64,000 nt of DNA from Basidiobolus meristosporus CBS 931.73 (lineage: Eukaryota; Fungi; Basidiobolomycota). The position numbers and the translations under genes were made by a program. Below the pieces are notes generated by a model that saw only the letters and a list, made by a program, of their open reading frames with translations, searched no databases and was not told the origin of the DNA. This document shows, piece by piece, positions 35,471 to 47,965 of the stretch. The stretch's first letter is position 1; the number at the start of each line of letters is the position of its first letter. The stretch spans positions 1 through 64,000 of the forward strand of contig MCFE01000306.1 of NCBI GenBank assembly GCA_002104905.1, read 5' to 3'.

Positions 35471-36580
35471 GATAGATAGCATGGCGGCAGTCCTGTTCAG
35501 AAACCAGGGCGGTTCCGATGACCTCCAGCAGTTTCGCTGGACCCATGGATGATAGTTTCTCAGATGAGCAGCCGATTTCGCAGATACTTGTGGCCATTTT
35601 TTCGCATCAATTGTAGTGTACGTGCATGTGCCAATTTAGTCCAAGCCCAACATTCGATTGTTTCCAACTCAGTTCGAGCCAGCGTTTGGATAGATGTCGT
35701 TGGCCCAATCCCAGGCCACCGCCATCTTTAATTAAAGCCACTAGGTTGATCAACAATAGGCATGCTTGATAGAGGCAAATGATGAAGATGCTCATTCCAT
35801 ATGATTGAACCGAAACCTGGCCATCGACCACCAGCCTGGATGTTTACTTCCAGACGCATGGTGGTGCTTGATTCATGACTAACCTTTTTAGTAGCGCTCG
35901 CCGGCAAGGCATCGCCACATGACCCGGTGGATAATGGAACGCATCATAATCCACCGCAGATTGGGTATCTGCAGGAACCTATGGCAGCGGCCGAGCAATA
36001 TTAAAGAATCCACCTCTCTGGCCTGATACTCCAGGTGATAACAGAATCCCAGGATCTGATCCGGATCCGGATCATGGAGCCGTGATTAAAGGGTAGTGCG
36101 CATCAAGATACATATATGTAGGTTGGAAACCGGGGTTTGTATCTCCAAAGTAGCTGATGCAGCCTGTGGAAGTGGATTTGTGCCGGGGGGACTGGCTCTC
36201 TTGTGTGCTACAGTGGGGTCCAGCCCAACTCCCTTGACTCCCCAACTTCGTGACAATGCATACCAGAGCGCAAAGAAATCACCACTGCCTATGCTATTAG
36301 ATGGCCGGGTCAACCCATAGGATGAGGGCTGTCTGATCCTGGACCAATGTTGTTCAGGCCTGTATTCTGACTTGGTCCGTAACAGTGAATGACGAGGTGG
36401 TGAGTAGGGAATATTATACACGTGGGAACTGGATGACTCATGTCCGGAACGAAATTATTCATCTGCTGTCATTTCACGCCGGATTTTCCCAAGCGCCAGC
36501 CAACCATGAAGAACAATCATAAAACCGTGCATAGGAGCTGGCACACTTAGATACCACCCTGAAATTCAATAATACTGCAG

Positions 36581-37123
36581 ATGACCCGTCACCCTGGAGT
36601 AGAGCGAGTCGCCTCGGCGTTAAACCAACTCAACACCTCCTACAACATAGTCACTCTAGGTGAGTCGGCCCGCACCGCCCAACTGGCCGCGCAGCAGTTG
36701 AATTGTCATGTAGCCGCCATCGCGAATTCATTGATCTTCGAGGTTTCCGACAGCGGGTCACCTTTGCTCATTCTGACCAGCGGCGCGCACAAGGTCGACC
36801 TGAAGTTGGTTTGCTCCACTCTGGGGGTCAAGAAGCTCAAGAGAGCGACCCCGGAGTTCGTCCGACTGCACACGGGGTTTGCTATTGGCGGGGTTGCCCC
36901 AGTTGGTCATCCCGAGCCCATCAGAACAGTGGTCGACCTGGAGCTGTCGCGTTTCAAGCATATCTGGGCGGCTGCTGGTCACCCACAAGCAGTGTTTCGA
37001 ACCACCTTCGACGAATTGGTTCGCTTTTCTGACGGGCTGGCGATCAAGGTAGGGGAGGAGATAGCAGAGAGCGTTATCCAAGAAGCCCTAGCGTTGGACG
37101 GCGCCGAGGGCAGTCACGAATAA
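36581..37123 (+). CDS. YbaK/EbsC-superfamily aminoacyl-tRNA deacylase (ProX-like), intronless, bacterial-type
   Basis: SARTAQLAAQQL.C.VAAIANSLIF, PLLILTSGAHKVD, TGFAIGGVAPVGH, VWAAAGHP-like IWAAAGHPQAVFRTTFDEL are characteristic of bacterial YbaK/EbsC proteins. Confidence 0.9.
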   Translation: MTRHPGVERVASALNQLNTSYNIVTLGESARTAQLAAQQLNCHVAAIANSLIFEVSDSGSPLLILTSGAHKVDLKLVCSTLGVKKLKRATPEFVRLHTGFAIGGVAPVGHPEPIRTVVDLELSRFKHIWAAAGHPQAVFRTTFDELVRFSDGLAIKVGEEIAESVIQEALALDGAEGSHE

Positions 37124-37450
37124 AGCAACCTTGAATGACTCTATCCAGCACGGGCGTTTATTCTGATTCAGACCGTGAATAGTGAAATACTGGGAATACG
37201 GACTCATAGAAACTTTCCTTCTAAAGGTCGGTCCGCCAAAATGGGGTTGGACTTGGTACTGAGCTAGGTTTACTTTTTATCGGTTCACAAAAAACATTTC
37301 TCTTCCGAACTAAATGGCCTTTCCCACAAAACTGGGCTGGTTTCGTGTTCAATGGTGCGGATGTGTGGATGTAGGTGTGGGTGTGGGTGTGGGTGTGTGA
37401 GCGTGGAGATGGATTTGGGGGAAGGTGGGGGAATAGGTATCTATACGTTC

Positions 37451-40400
37451 TTAATGAATCGTAATTGAGGAATCGATCTCATCATAGTTGGGGGCGACTT
37501 CGGCACCTGCCGCCAATTCTTTCTTGTGTTGAAGGTGGATCATGGTGAGCTTGAAGTGCTTGAGAATGAAGTCAATTGGATTTCCTTCGGGGGTAATCAG
37601 AGCAGAGGAGTTGCTGGTCTTTGGAAGCGAGTCGTTCTCCATGCTTGCAACATTACTGTTGATCAGGTCGATGATACCGTTGAGGTGCTTGGGGGTAACC
37701 TGGTGAACAGGAGAGGCTAAGTGATGTGTGATCGGGCATCAACATTGTCGAACAATTACCTCTTCAACCTGGCGCTCAAAGAAATAGATGTAGCGGTTCA
37801 GAACCTCGACAAACAACTCGACATTTGTGACGGAGTCTAGGCAGGCGTCGGCAATCTTGAGCGCACGCTGCAGCGTTTCGAGAACCCGCTGTCCATTGCG
37901 ATACATGTTGTCTTCCTTCTCGTCCTTTCCTGGAACATCAGTACCCCAAAACAAGTGGGAGCAATGATACACTGCACGACATTGATCCGGCTTTTTGAGC
38001 AATTTGCCACTGTGGAGAACACATTTGGTGATCAATGTATCGTACTCCTCTGGCTTGAACCCTCTGCTGGTCTGCAAGGTGCCAACAATGAGCAGGATTG
38101 CTTGGAACTGAGCCTTCGATTCAGAAATGGACTCTTCATACACCGAGAAGGCCTGTACGAAGAATTCATATGCGATCTCCTCAAACCCGCATTCGTCTGC
38201 GGACTGGGCAGCGAGAAGGAAGAGACGCAAAGAGAGATCATGGCATTCAGCCTTGTTGTAGAGAATGCCGATGAGCTGATGAATGAACTTGAACAATGTG
38301 GTGCACTTCTTGTTCCATTCCTCATCCTAAACATTGGCGACAACAGTTCGTCAGCGGTAGGATCTCATCAACCAACGTGTACCTGATACTTACCCTGCTT
38401 TCGAGCATATTGTATTTTCTGGCCAACTTAACGGCCTCGATGATCATCGGAGGGAAGGTGAAGCGAATGCGGTCCCCACCATCGCCGAATTGCTTTCTAG
38501 CGGCCAACAGCAGCTAGTCGTATGAATATGGTATGAGTCGGGTGTTCCGAAGGAAGGCTCACCACTACAACATACCATGATCTGTTCGTCAGGATCCTCA
38601 TTACGGAAAAGATGGATCATTCGTGCAACCCAGCCTTGTTCCTCTGCGGCGTCTTCGTCATCCATAGGGCTCTTACCACTCAATGCGAATGACACGCCGA
38701 TGCTTGCGTCTTTTTGATCTCTAACCAGCACGTTGCATAACTCAAGCACGCCGTCGACTTCCTCTGGAGTGCTGATGACTGTTTCCTTCTTCAAAATACT
38801 GGAAATAATGGCGTGCGACACGGAGCGCCTGGTAGAATAGGGCTGCAGCTCAAGTAAAGATTGGTAGTTCGTAAGAGACAGAAGCGTAAGGGCAGTTGGA
38901 TAAGCGTTGACGGGAGCAAGCAGTAACGACAACAAACTCGAAGTAGTGTTAGCTGTATGCAAGTCAGGGCTTTTACAAGCAAGGATAGGGAGACAAAAAA
39001 GGATTTAGTATAACAACTCCCAACGGCACGGCGACTGCAACATGCTATGGAGATTCCATTACCTTTCTTCGTACTCTATCATTTTCTCTTTCGTGAAGCC
39101 GATGATCTGATCAACATATTCCAACTCATCGGGATAGCAGCTAAGAGAAAGGTGAGCTAGAGAAACAAGCAGAGCGGTGATGTCTTGAATGGAGATGTCG
39201 GGACGGGCCTGAGAAGGCACGTCTTAGTTAAATGACCCTGAACCCATGCTACGGTGGCAGTCTACCTTGATCAGCTCAACGATCTGCTCCCAGAAAACTT
39301 CGAACAACTTGACATCTTCCGGAATTCCACGGACTCTCTTGACACCATTTTCATCGACCTCATTTCCATTCTCGGCCTCTCTCGCGGCATATGCTGCAAG
39401 GCGGTCGATCAGGGAAATGACGATCTGCTTGACACTCACTCTAGGGTTGAGCTTGGCAAGTGCTGAAAGAAGCTGGTCCAGCGTACGTAGGTGGAAGTCA
39501 TCCTCGAAAACCTAATGTCATAGCCACGCATCAGTACGATCGGCTCCTTCGTCCGGGTTCGAACCCCACTTACTTGGATGATGGCTTCCAGAAGGTATTC
39601 TTGGGCGATCAGATCTTTGCAGCTGACAACCTGCTCTAAAATACCTGGGAGAATGGTCTGGATCGCGCAACAGTGGGAAGGTTATGAATGGTAGCTTTAA
39701 AGTTTCCCAGATTCTCAACCACTTTACCTCTTGATACAGGTTTAAGGTAACGCCCTCGAGCTGGCTAAGCTTTACCAAATTGCTTCCGATAAGAATCTTG
39801 AGCTCCTTTCTTTCCATCTCACGCTTCTCTCTTTCACGAGAATGCCCTTGATGCTGAAGGCGCACCCAGAGCTTGTTCATCTCCATAAAGTTGGTTAGCG
39901 TGAACTGGATAGAATCATTGAGATTCCCTTCCGGGCTGGAGATAAACGTTGTGAATACCAATGGCACATTTGAGATTGCACTAATGAAAATCTTGTATAC
40001 CCCTCGCTGGTCCCGGTGGGTAAGTAATCGCGCGTAGCTCCTCCAAGATAATATCTAAGGAAGAGGCCTCTGGTGGGGTGTTGAACACCTCGGGCCATTT
40101 CCATCATATCTTTCATGATTTCCTTCACAGGTGCATCTTTTATACTCATGTACACGCTCCCGACCGTGATCATCAAATAAAGACGAGGAATTATATTCCC
40201 AGCATACTGGACGAGTTCGTATAGTTCTGCGAGATGGTGACGACCTGAAGTGTGTGCCTCGTTCAGGAATGTGGACAAGTGTCTAAGAGAGTCGAATATG
40301 GCCATATCTAGAAACCGCAGGTTAGCAAGTGACCAGAAACCTACGGTCAAGCATCTCTCGGAAAAGAAAGAAAAACGCCCTACATAATTCGTAGTAATTT

Positions 40401-40793
40401 TTGGGAGTCAAAGAGGAGGTGCGCAATTCGGCTAGCATGGTGGAGCAGTTTTTCAAGGCATCCATCAGGTTGTTGTTGTCCTAGAATTTAGGGGTTTCGT
40501 TAGTGTCAAGTGGACACGATCTACGTATTAGATGGCGGGAGGGATGATCCAGTGATGGCTGTCGAATACTGCTAGCGCCGCCCCAAGAAAAGCTTGAGAG
40601 CTCGTGCTTATCGTGAAGCCGGAAATATATCCAGACCTCGGGCAACACTAGAATCTTCGGAATCAACCGCAAAAAATAGATAGATACGTACCAGGCATTT
40701 CTTCATCTGGAAAGACTGGACTTTAACCAGATTCAAAGCATCCTCTAGCAGTTTGCCTTGGCTTTCTGCATTTATAGAAGGTGAAGTTGCCAT
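37451..40793 (-). CDS. VPS35: Retromer subunit Vps35, multi-exon
   Basis: [117 protein letters not shown]. Confidence 0.96.
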
Positions 40794-41898
40794 AGTGTAC
40801 GGTAGAAACGGGGACCAACGTGTAGTAAGTAGAAGATTAAATACTCGTCAATATACCAAATAACTCGAGCCTACGATCAAGAATCTACTCGGAAAAGATA
40901 TTATCATGGAACCATACAACTTGATTCACTAAGATTGTTGCCATCCACGCTTTGATGTGACGCATCCCATAATCTCGAGCCGATATTCAATTGTGGAAGA
41001 ACCACCCACGAAGGACCAATCAACTGCGAATCACCGTTCTACAGGTCATTCTGATCGCCGGAATTAGGAAACATGTGCAATTCGATTTTCTAGCAAGGGC
41101 TAACCAAAGCAAGCCGGCTCTATCCAGTGGACGCTGTTTCCGTTGGCAATCCTAGCTGTAGGGTCGGGACCAACACTTATATGGCGGGCTGTGAAGTTTC
41201 TGAAGTATCTGAGAATCCCCACGCCTTAGTGTTCATGCTTGGGTCATATAGGTACGCGGACTCCAAAACTGCCCATTGCTTCTCTAGTGGAAATGCAATT
41301 GCAATGTTTCACTGTGTACGTTTCCGACAATTACTTATCGAATGGTGGACCAAGGGCTCTGCATCACTGTTCATTGGCCAGGGAAGTGGCTCATTTAGAC
41401 ATATTTGGTAGGTAAATAGCAGTAGTAAAACTATCGATTTGGCTGCATGCATCCCAGAAGTCCAATCCGAAAATCACGGTGAATTGTTGGTATTTATCGA
41501 GGTGCTGTGGAAATACGCAACCATGTTAATGATTAATTTGTGTTGAACCCCAGGAAAACACTGCATAACTGTTGATTAATTTCCCCCACATCAACCGACA
41601 ATGGACCATTTTCATTAATGCTAATGGAGGGGTGATCGAAGCAAACAATCCATGCTTTGGGTATGAAGAGCATTCTCGATCCTACAGGAACGCATTTAAG
41701 TTGTGTGTAACTGCTGCATCGAGGGTTTATTTAATAGGGTAATCTGTGAATTCAAGAATTATGAGCAAGTTCATTTCTGAAGGGGAATATAGAATGCGTA
41801 AGTTTATAAAGTTGAGTGAATAGATTTACAAGTGCGGCGACCCTGTATCGAGCTTAATACAGAGAACCATCAGGCTTTGGCGATGGTTTTTGGTCTGT

Positions 41899-43248
41899 TT
41901 ATATAAAGGGCTTTTCGTTGCTTGCTGCGGCCTCCACAACGGCGGGCGTACTGTTGTTTCGGGCGAAGACGGTCTCGACATGGTAATAGGCGGATTCGCC
42001 CAGCTCGGATAGGTCAAGTCCTAGCTTCTCACTTTCCGAATCAGCACGAAGGCTTAGCCCAGGGATCTTGTCCATTACCCACAAGATCAAATACGTGATG
42101 ATGAAGGTCCACGCAAACCCAGCCACACTTCCTGCAAGCTGAATCAGGATCTGCATGAAGTTGCCGTTGATCCAACCTCCTGCGATCAAAGTGCCGTCCA
42201 ATGCAGCGATACGTTGCTCTGCGAAGATGCCAGTGAGAAGGTTTCCAATTACACCCCCAACCGCGTGAACCGCAAACACGTCCAGGGCATCGTCGAAATT
42301 CAGCAGATGCCCCAAATGGCGAGCATAATTGCACCCGATGCCTGCAACCACACCGAACAACAACGCAGCGGCAGGGCCAACAAACCCAGACCCAGGGGTT
42401 ATGGCTACCAATCCGGCAACTGCACCAGAGCAAAATGCAAGAGCCGAGAACTTGCGACCGGTGCGGAAATAATCGATCAAAACCCAGGTCAGAGCACCCG
42501 AGGCAGCGGCAATGTTGGTCACAACAATCGCCATGATGGCTCTAAGCGAGCCGGCGAGTGCTGATCCTCCGTTGAAGCCAAACCAACCAAACCAAAGGAA
42601 TGCCGTGCCCAACACTACGTTCGACATGTTGTGGGCCTTGAATTCTTCGGTACCGTGTCCTTCTCTTTTTCCTACTTTGATAGCATACGCCAACGCAGCA
42701 ACTCCGGAGGAGATATGCACGGGAGTACCACCAGCGAAATCCAGACTCCCCAGTTTCATTGACCAGCCATCAGGCGACCAAGTCCAGTACGCGATGGGAT
42801 CATAAACAAGAGTTGACCATATGAAGATGAAGATGATCGTAGGCAGGATACGTGCTCGCTCCGCTGCAGCGCCTATGGCCAATGCTGGAGCGATGGAAGC
42901 GAACATACACTGATATATCATGAAAGCAAGGTCAGGAATCTTCGAACTGCCCACACTAGGATCTCCCAGCACGTTGATTAGAAAAGCGTGATTTAGGTTG
43001 CCAATGAACCAACTGCCGGTGCGACTAAAAGTAATAGAATAGCCCCAGATAAACCACTGGACAAGTACAACCGCTACAGACAAGCAGCTGAGCATTATAA
43101 GAGAAAGCGCGTTTTTGGAACGGGCCATGCCACTGTAGAAGTAGCCAACGCCCGGGATCATAAGGAATACAAGACTGGTCGATACCATGACCCATGTTAT
43201 GTCGCCTGAGGCGTAAAGGGGTGTCGGTTCTGGAGAGGTGGTATTCAT
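41899..43248 (-). CDS. AMT: Ammonium transporter (Amt/Mep family), intronless
   Basis: GDITWV, MIPGVGYFYSGM, YQCMFA, DFAGGTPVH, LWFGWFGFNGGS, GAVAGLVAITPG, DDALDVFAVHAVGG, GLDLSELGE. Confidence 0.96.
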   Translation of the reverse strand: MNTTSPEPTPLYASGDITWVMVSTSLVFLMIPGVGYFYSGMARSKNALSLIMLSCLSVAVVLVQWFIWGYSITFSRTGSWFIGNLNHAFLINVLGDPSVGSSKIPDLAFMIYQCMFASIAPALAIGAAAERARILPTIIFIFIWSTLVYDPIAYWTWSPDGWSMKLGSLDFAGGTPVHISSGVAALAYAIKVGKREGHGTEEFKAHNMSNVVLGTAFLWFGWFGFNGGSALAGSLRAIMAIVVTNIAAASGALTWVLIDYFRTGRKFSALAFCSGAVAGLVAITPGSGFVGPAAALLFGVVAGIGCNYARHLGHLLNFDDALDVFAVHAVGGVIGNLLTGIFAEQRIAALDGTLIAGGWINGNFMQILIQLAGSVAGFAWTFIITYLILWVMDKIPGLSLRADSESEKLGLDLSELGESAYYHVETVFARNNSTPAVVEAAASNEKPFI

Positions 43249-45486
43249 ACTTAGCTACGAGCGTTGTGCGAGTTGTGCTTCAGGTAGATGGCGGTGTGGT
43301 GTATTTATAAGCGGGGATAGGCTGCACCGAGCATGGTTCCATTACGTTATGTTAATATATGGGACTGCCATGACCAATTTCGTCCAGGAGCAAGAGCCAA
43401 TGGATAGCCAAATGTTTATCTTCGGAAATATAGGGGCGACGCTTGGTAGGTCTGCAACGACTTTATCTGCTTGATGGCTCCGAATAGGTAATGAAGGTAC
43501 ATGATGAGGGTTTCATCAATCTCCTATCTCGGAAGGGCAGCATGTGAAAGCTCGATTTCCATGTGACCCAAATCCGACGATACAAGGAGCCGATCAATTT
43601 TTATGCACCGATGGCTATTGTGTACCCGCTTGGGCGGACGATGGGCCCACCCGCCTTGATAGGGAATAACTGGGGGCTGGTTATATCAGTCGTGTTCAGA
43701 CGTTAAATTGTGAGTTGATTCTTGTGGTGGCCTGTGATTGATTCTTCTCGTATCTACCTTAAACTTTAATCTCCTTTCGCGGCGAGCCAACCGCTATTGG
43801 CTTACCTGTCGACCAACACTGGCCTATTTCACGTGCAACCGCATGCATAATCCCCTCATCAATTCTCCTACAAGTACCCCAGACAATAGTTGATGCGGCC
43901 TTGAAACGGCCCAGTGCAGCTTACTAGCTTGGAAAAGTTAGTTTGACTGCCTCGCGATGCCAACCTGGATTCAAATCGCACGCACGAGGGCTTTCCGGTT
44001 ATATTCCCGTCATCAAATGGGCAACTCTTTCATATGATAGAGTCGCCTCCCCAATGGTCATAATGGCGCCTGCATAACACAGTGGTTGAATGGGATCCGA
44101 GGGTAGTATTTGTTGTGCTGCATGAGGCCACATCGGCGCCAGGTCTGACTGTGCACTTGCTGTGAGCCCGTGGAATCCATTCTGCTTCCTACTGGATTGT
44201 AAGAAGCCTCGCGTTAAATGGCCTAGGCATCTTCCCTCACTAATGCGCGCGGTCGACATAAGACCCATTCGAAAGAGGGAGTATTTTGCATCCTATGCAA
44301 CCGGTATTATCTGAGAGAGCATGTGTGCAGTAGCGAATATGGTTTTCCCAAATCCGTATCTAGCATCCATCATACATAGGGTGATATTGGGTGAGTGTTT
44401 CCCGACGGTTGATGCGCCACATGCCCCGCCAGACCTGGGAGAGGGTGAACGCAGTACTATTGAATTTAATGTCCAACATGTAAGGTGGATTCCAAGCGTC
44501 ACCAATGTATGGCGCCATTTAAGGAGTAACCCATCCGAATTGATACATCGCCAGATTTACTCATAAATCGACATGAATCTCTTGCAATATGGTCTATAAG
44601 CACCATATACAGGGTTGCATTCAAGTCAGAATCACACATTGGCTGATGGTGTATGATTGATTTCCCTATATAAAGCAGCCCTGCATGCTTATTTGTTTAC
44701 TATGAGAAGTCATCCACGTTGTCGTGTAGCATGCGAGATTTGGTCCAGAGTAGCAAGTCCATGTTTCCAGCCAGCCTATTGATACCCCACATCTCTCATG
44801 ACCTACTTGGGTCAAAGCGTATGGTTGAGATGCAGCCTCTCTGCAAACGACGCATCTCGGGAGTGTTCACCCAGGGTCCATATTTGTGGCAATTCAACAA
44901 AATCTCCCTTTCTCAGAGGGTATTCGCTCGATTACGAGCCCTTGGTTGAGGTTCGCAATTAAGGTACAGTTGGGCCATAGAGATCAAGGCATATAATATC
45001 CAGTGCACCAAGACATGTCGCTTCTGTGGAGCCAACCCTGTTCTTACTGGAGATCCGAATATTCTTGGTTTCCGCAGTGTAACAGTAAGCACCCTAGAAA
45101 AAATCACATTTGAAATCGATGGAGATCTTGTTGGTGATTCCTTCAAACTTCAAGCATGGCTCTGCATGTGCCTCTCTCCCGTTGCATCCAAATACGACGA
45201 CGACTTTGTGGAGATTTAGTCTACCTTCGACTGATAAATGTCTTCTACCCAGTTGTAAATCTACTCTGTATCCGCTCAATATCAGGATCTTCCAGTCCGG
45301 GGTTTTCTCCTATCGTACTGGTGCACAGCTGGTTTGCGCGGATGTGTTTCATACGTTCCTTGACCCGTTCCGGAAATAAAATCAACTGGTGTGATTATTC
45401 CATTTGGATGATTGATAGCAAATGCAAATTTGGTAATTGGGTGATTAACTAGAACGAGATGCTTCCGCCCTTAACACAGATATTAA

Positions 45487-46304
45487 TGTTGCAAAAATTT
45501 GGAATTCCACCTAAATATTCACCTAACTTAGTCACTTAGATCATTACCTAAAGATCTTTGAGGATTCTGACCAAATTCCTTGTCGGGATTTACTTGGAAT
45601 ATTTACCCAGAACATGAAAATTAGATAAGTTGTCCAAACAGCCCCAAGCTTTGCACACATGTTCTTAGGACCTTCCTAAACTTATTCTACGTGTTTGTTA
45701 TGCCAAAACAATGTAAAAGTACAAATACTACTTTTGCATTCAATAAATCATCAAGTGAAAACCACATAATCTACTTGCTCTCAAAATCACTTTCAGTATC
45801 TCCAAGACTATTACAGCAGGTTATGAGCCCCAAGCTATCAATTGCTGCAATGTCTACCACTCCTATTACTGGAACTTTTCCATCTGCTGAAAAGTTGGAT
45901 GGATCTAACTACCAAGTGTGGAAGGTAAAGATGAAGATGCTGCTACAAGAAAGAGGCCTTTGGGATATTGTCATGGGAGAAGAATGCCCTCCAAAAAACA
46001 TGGGAGAGGAAGCCTTAAAATACCAGAAGAAAGAACAGAGTGCCTTTAACTGCATTTGCCTTAATGTTAAAGTCAAATTGCTAGTTCAATGCTCAAGAGC
46101 AAAAATGGCAAAGATTGCCTGGAAGGCATTAGAAGACACATACCAGTCATGTTCAGCTGCTAAGAAAATGTATCCAAGACAAAAATTCTTTACTACTAAG
46201 ATGCAGCCAGGAGAAGAAATGTAAAATCTGATTAACAGTATAACCCCACTCATGGATGAGATGGAATATGTGGGTGTACCAGCTACTGATGAAGATGTGA
46301 TAGT
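45487..46304 (+). mobile_element. Ty1/copia 5' LTR (45487-45818) + PBS + truncated gag
   Basis: TG...CA LTR; copia-type PBS GGTTATGAGCCC (45819-45830, cf. GGTTATGGGCCC); gag motif KLDGSNYQVWKVKMKMLLQERGLW. Confidence 0.85.
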
Positions 46305-47320
46305 TGTTTTAAAAATCCGTAATTCCACCTAAATATTCACCTAACTTAGTCACTTAGATCATTACCCTCAAATCCTAGAGAATACTGACCAAATTCCTTG
46401 TGGGATCTACTTACAATATCTTCACCAAAATGCCTGGTACCCAGAACATGAAAATTCTCAAAGTTGTCCAAACAGCCCCAAACTTTGCAAAAATACTCTT
46501 GGGAACTTTCTTAACTTATTCTACATGTTTGCTATGGCACAACCATGTAAAAGTATAAATACTACTTTTACATTCAATAAATCATCAAGTGAAAACCACA
46601 TAATCTACTTGTCCTTGCAAATCAATTCCAATATCTCTAAGACTCTTACAACAGGCTATGAGCTCCAAGCTGTCCCTCTCTGCAATGTCTACTAATGCTA
46701 TTATTGGAACTTTTCCCTTGGCTGAAAAGTTGGATAGATCTAGCTATCAAGTGTGGAAGGTGAAGATGAAGATGCTGCTACAAGAAAGAGGCCTTTGGGA
46801 TATTGTCATGGGAGAAGAATGCCCTTCTAAAAGCATGGGAGAGGAAGCCTTAAAATACCAGAAGAAAGAACAAGTGCCTTTAACTGCATTTGCAATAATG
46901 TCAAAGGCAAATTGCTAATTTAATGATCAACAGCAAAAATGGCAAAGAATGCCTAGAAGGCATTAGAAGACACATACCAGTCATGATCAGCTGCTAAGAA
47001 AATGTATCTGAGACAAAAATTCTTTACTACAAAGATGCAGCCAGGAGAAGAAATGAGAACTTTATTAACAGTGTCTCCCTGCTGGTTGGTGAAATGAAAT
47101 CTGTGGGTGTACCAGCTACTGATGAGGATGTGCTAGTTACCATCCTGAATAGCCTGACAGACCAGTTTCAGGGCCTTGCAGCAGCCCAGAGTCCAAAACT
47201 GATGATTTGACCTTAATTTATTTAATTGAAAGGCTCCAGGATGAAGAATTAAGAAAATCAAGCACCAATTAGAAGGAAGAAGAAAATGCTTTAATAAGCA
47301 TTGCTAACCCACAACAGAGA
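46305..47320 (+). mobile_element. Second copia 5' LTR (46305-46653) + PBS + decayed gag, inserted in or fused to the first copy's gag
   Basis: Near-identical LTR, PBS GGCTATGAGCTC, gag KLDRSSYQVWKVKMKMLLQERGLW. Begins where the first gag breaks off (GATGTGATAGT|TGTTTTAAAA). Confidence 0.85.
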
Positions 47321-47352
47321 TATGTTGTGTTGTATTATGATTAGTTTGGGGC

Positions 47353-47965
47353 TTGTTCTACAATGTAGAGGCTAATCAACAATATACAACAGCTTCCAGT
47401 ATGCTAATACTGAAATAGTTTATTGGAAGTTTGATATACCAATAGATGATATAACTTTCACTAATTTCCTCAATCTTAGGCTCAAAATATACTGTAGGCA
47501 GTGGTTATCACTTCTACAGCAGTGTTTTGACCTTCTGTCAACTAATGGGCTTATTTACTTTTATAGTAACTTTTCCTTATTTGGAAGTCACTTTCCTTGC
47601 TGAGAAGATATTTCCTAATATGGAAATTCTGAACTCCCCTTTAACCTAAAGGGGTGTGTTGTAGAAGTCTCTAAAGGGGTCTTTAGACCTAAAGTGGTGT
47701 CTAAAGGGGTGTCTTTAGAGTAAAGGGGCTTCTTTTAATGGTCTCTAAAGTGGACTTTACACTAAAGGGGTGCCTAAAGGGGCTTCTTTAGAGTAAAGGG
47801 GTTTCTTAAAGGGGTCTCTAAAGTGATGCAGGGGAAGTCTTATAACCTTAAAACTTGTAATTGTAGTGTGGAGATTCTGGAAAGAGAGGCTCTCTCTTTA
47901 TTTTTCAGCTGGGGAATTCATATATATGAAAATTTTGAAGGATCAAAGTTTTTTGGCAATTGCGC
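47353..47965 (+). repeat. Left arm of ~600-bp inverted repeat (partner 59135-59770) containing a TAAAGGGG subterminal-type array (47646-47825)
   Basis: Aligns by eye with the reverse complement of 59135-59770. About 8 TAAAGGGG and 3 TAAAGTG motifs. Terminal palindrome CTACA-A-TGTAG. Confidence 0.8.

Noticed and set aside
37374-37397. (GGTGTG)n resembling yeast TG1-3 telomere repeat
   Set aside because: Short simple repeat just 3' of VPS35. The telomere-type repeat in this window is CCCTAA/TTAGGG.
37955-42805. Medium ORFs antisense to VPS35 and AMT (and similar ORFs antisense to DAACS and DLD)
   Set aside because: Shadow ORFs opposite well-supported genes, with no domain signal.
47335-47370. 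Hairpin followed ~11 nt later by CTAA on the minus strand, like a Helitron 3' end
   Set aside because: The partner arm at 59770 lacks the CTRR, no Rep/helicase relic was seen, and the associated coding relics are CACTA-type.
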